Below, in pieces: positions 35,146 to 38,816 of a DNA stretch of 38,816 bases. The DNA is from Tubiluchus corallicola (Eukaryota > Animalia > Priapulida). Every line of letters begins with the position of its first letter. Position 1 is the stretch's first letter. Under the pieces are notes generated by a model, which saw nothing but the letters and a program-made list of their open reading frames with translations, was not told where the DNA came from and did not search any database. Position numbers and translations under genes: made by a program. The stretch is from contig JAQGDQ010001479.1 in the NCBI GenBank assembly GCA_030141605.1, positions 1 to 38,816 of the forward strand, written 5' to 3'.

Positions 35146-35284
35146 ATGAAATGTGCAAAATAACTGAAAGTAGAAACATAAATTGTGCAAAAACTCTGTT
35201 CTCTCTAGCATACAATGTAGCAATGATTCATGTAAAAACAACTTGAGAACAGGCTTTTCTTGCAAAATACAATGTCAATATACA

Positions 35285-36187
35285 TACAACTGGATTCTAC
35301 TGGATTCTATGTGAATATGCATACAGCTGGATTCTATGTACAAGATATGATGTGAATATGCATACAGCTGGATTCTATGTACAAGATATGATGTGAATAT
35401 GCACACAGTTGGATTCCATGTGCAAAGTACGATGTGAATATGCACACACCTGGATGCCATGTGCAAAGTTAGACGTGAATACGCGCACACCTGGATGCCA
35501 TGTGCAAAATACGACGTGAATACGCACACAGCTGGATTCCATGTACAAAGTATGATGTGAATACGCACACAGTTGGATTCCATGTGCAAAGTACGACGTG
35601 AATATGCACACAGCTGGATTCCATGTGCAAAGTATGATGTGAATACGCACACAGTTGGATTCCATGTACAAAGTATGATGTGAATACGCACACACCTGGA
35701 TTCCATGTGCAAAGTACGACGTGAATACGCACAAAGTTGGATTCCATGTGCAAAGTACGACGTGAATATGCACACAGCTGGATTCCATGTGCAAAGTACA
35801 ACGTGAATACACACACAGTTGGATTCCATGTGCAAGGTATGACGTGAATACGCACACAGCTGGATTCTATGTGCAAAGTACAACGTGAATACGCACACAC
35901 CTGGATGCCATGTGCAAAATACGACGAAAATATGCATACACCTGGATGCCATGTGCAAAATACGACGAAAATATGCATACACCTGGATTCCATGTGCAAA
36001 GTACGACGTGAATACGCACACACCCGGATTCCGTGTGCAAAGTACGACGTGAATACGCACACACCTGGATGCCATGTGCAAAATACGACGTGAATATGCA
36101 CACACCTGGATTCCATGTGCAAAATACGATGAAAATATGCATACACCTGGATTCCATGTGCAAAATACGATGAAAATATGCATACAG
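35285..36187. repeat. 41-bp minisatellite, about 22 copies
   Basis: Unit GTGAATACGCACACAGCTGGATTCCATGTGCAAAGTACGAC (period seen at 35521/35562). It explains the overlapping ORFs at 35275-36325. Confidence 0.95.
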
Positions 36188-36740
36188 TTGTTTTCTAAGT
36201 GCAACCAGTTCTAAATTACCTGGGACGAAGGCAAGATATATCAGCCGACGAAGAGGGATTTGTCGAAACAAAATGCCTGTAAAAAGGCAGTAAGGAGATA
36301 ATTTCACCTGGAAGAATATCTCCATTCCATTGCCACAGTTTAATTTACGATAGGCAAAAATGGAAATGGTTACTAAAACTAAAACTGCTTACTGGAACTA
36401 AAACACGGAAAATTTCTAATGATGCAGACTAAACCAATTAATGAAAAATCCCAGGATAAACAAATTGAAAAGACCATTTTACCACTTTCCTGCCTAGGAC
36501 CGAAGAAAAAGTAAAATATCAAATAAGAATCCATTACATATCAAGTTTTTTTTTAAATTTCATACTCATAACATGAACACTGGTTAGACACAGAATATGC
36601 AGCAAATAAAAAATACGACAAAAAAAAGAAAAAAGCACAAAAATGCTCTAACACTAGAGCACTAGGAACGCCAAGTACGTAAAAGGGAAGCAACAGAAAG
36701 AAAATCAGTTTTTAGTGACTTCTTTCCTTTCATCTAAACA

Positions 36741-37244
36741 CAGTGGTTCTTAACCTTGTTGGAGGTACCGAACCCCACCAGTTTCATATGCGCATTCACC
36801 GAACCCCTCTTTAGTGAAAAATAAAATATGATTTTTTTCAAATTCAAGACATAGATATGTTTTTTACTGGTACCCAAAATGAGCCGTGCATGAACATCAC
36901 CTTGCTCAAAGAACAAAACCAACACAATGCATAGACTCACAACAAATTACATAACTGCAAATCAGTGTGACTTCTGCTGTTGCCTTTGAAATCACACGAC
37001 GTACTACAACGACAGTCACACGTTGACTACTGAGCGCGCACTAAATTCCCCGCAGCGCTGATTAGCCAAGCAGTGTAGCATGATCATCTGCAGCCAGTGA
37101 TGGCCAAGCGGGGCGTGTGTGTCATCACGAATTTACACGATAATTCAAGTGTGTCCAGACCTCCACGGCGGAGGCTCTGCCGAACCCCTGAGATCGACTC
37201 ATCAAACCCCTAGGGTTCGATCGAACCCAGGTTAAGAACCACTG
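36741..37244. mobile_element. hAT (Charlie/SPIN-type) MITE, 504 bp
   Basis: Perfect 16-bp TIR CAGTGGTTCTTAACCT with subterminal CGAACCC repeats. It is flanked on both sides by ATCTAAACA. Confidence 0.93.
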
Positions 37245-37376
37245 ATCTAAACATAGTGTGCTGAAAATCTGTGCCTTGTCAATTTTTTGTGTATTTTTCA
37301 TCAAATGAAAAGATGTAACTTAACCATCAACAGCGCCAACATGGTCAACTTCAGATCTTTGCCTATGCCGGGACCG

Positions 37377-37566
37377 TCACGACGGCGACGACTCGTGTAC
37401 GAATGTCACTTTGTCGCGGTACTTCATTGTCGTCGGCGGGTTTCTTCTTAAGAGAGATTCGGCAGGATCTGCGTCTTCTGGTCGGTCGTACACCGTACTG
37501 ATGACCACCTCCCGCTCGCCCCTGTCTGTCCTCACTGGTTTCCGTGACAACTTCTCCCCATGATAC
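37377..37566 (-). CDS. Probable terminal coding exon of an unidentified host gene
   Basis: GC-rich island in AT-rich DNA, with acceptor ..CTTTCAACCTGCTAG| at 37567. It encodes YHGEKLSRKPVRTDRGEREVVISTVYDRPEDADPAESLLRRNPPTTMKYRDKVTFVHESSPS*. Upstream exons were not identified in the window. Confidence 0.6.
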
Positions 37567-38816
37567 CTAGCAGGTTGAAAGCGAGTAGCACTGATAAAAC
37601 ATGGACAGTTCCATGGAAAATACAAACATAACTCAAGGTACCAAATCCCATGAATGATGAACATTGTATTCGTCTTATAATTAACTTAAAGTGAAAACGG
37701 TCAAATTAGTGCCTATTGGACATGTTCGCGAACTTTGCAAAAAAAGGCCAAACGCGAAAATTTCCTGGGGTATAATTAGTTAGTTAATTTATTGACCACA
37801 ACATAAGTTACATGTAAATCACAAGCACAATTGAGGTAACTGACCTTTAAGATCCATATTAAATAAATGCATTATTACACGGCTATCATTAAGCACCAGA
37901 AGATGAAGAAAATATTAGTATAAAACACTAAATTATGTTCCTGTTAAATATCAAACGTATTTAAAATTTCAAAGCACAGTTTAAACGTACTAAACTTATT
38001 TTGACATGAAAAGAATTTGTTTCAATTATTGTAGTATTCTACATTAGAATAATATCTCCTAATATCTTCGGTTAATGGACAAACAGTTATCACAAGATGT
38101 TCTGTTTGAATTTGCCCACGATGGCACAACCTAGACTAGCGCTGCTTTTCACCTTCAGTCTGTGAGCTTGCAATCTTAAGATTGTGTATGAAATTACGAT
38201 GCCATACAATCTCATTTGCTGGTGTTGTGGGTGGTGTTAAGGTGGGATTCATTATTACGTAGTTTTGTTTTAAAGTAAATGATTCGTATAGAAAACAGAA
38301 GGGCGCAGTTTCTTTTTTTAACGTCTCACCCGTAATTACGTTGAGATAAGTCATAAAACATACATAATCTTATGTTGTTTATTTTAACATAAGTTGACAA
38401 ACAGACACGCATTATTGGTAATATCTATTTTATGTACCATCATCTGCTATCTTTGTTATAAAAGTGTAGCTTATGTTAAGTCAAATAAACTGAAATTGAA
38501 TTGAATAGAATTGAGAAGTGATCTGCGTAATACCTGTTCTTGTTTTAGAACTTGCCAACGCTACGATATGAATCTGCCTGTAGTAATAAGAGTAATTACA
38601 CATAACTGATCGGCTGGATCTTACTGAGTTCTTTAACTGTTGTCGCTTATGCTTTTCCTAGTCATGTACGTGCATATTAATTATGCTATTATTGAAGCCA
38701 CTATTGATGCTTTGCAGCAGCGTGAGTGGCTTCGTTTGACAGTAAGCATTCTTTTTATAAAACCAACCATAAAACACTAGATAGCCCCAGTAGTCAGCTA
38801 TACCAGCACACGTGTT

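Noticed and set aside
33105-36325. CRISPR-like arrays or repeat-protein genes
   Set aside because: The units are contiguous with no unique spacers, the context is eukaryotic, and the ORFs cycle through frames.
38136-38354. Upstream exon of the 37377-37566 gene
   Set aside because: No convincing acceptor, background composition, and an in-frame stop at the end.

Overview
AT-rich metazoan (probably invertebrate) genomic DNA, mostly repeats. Host-type coding sequence is limited to one intact, intronless class-A GPCR (6638-7591, -), flanked by two paralogous fragments, and a probable terminal exon of an unidentified gene (37377-37566, -). The rest is a nest of transposons: Penelope GIY-YIG tails, Gypsy gag/pol remnants, a CR1/L2-type LINE, an internally deleted RTE, DIRS/Ngaro and THAP remnants, several MITEs, and minisatellites of 41, 44, 55, 91 and 219 bp. 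Three things stand out. (i) Two related LTR families have AGT...ACT termini and 5-bp TSDs; one copy is a gag/pol-less provirus in which a baculovirus-F/errantivirus-type env begins about 90 nt after the 5' LTR. (ii) A copy of the sister family carries an apparently intact, spliced 135-aa orphan gene. (iii) An open, in-frame 219-bp tandem array with ssDNA-virus capsid-like features abuts the 5' end of a LINE. All calls come from manual reading; no database searches were run.
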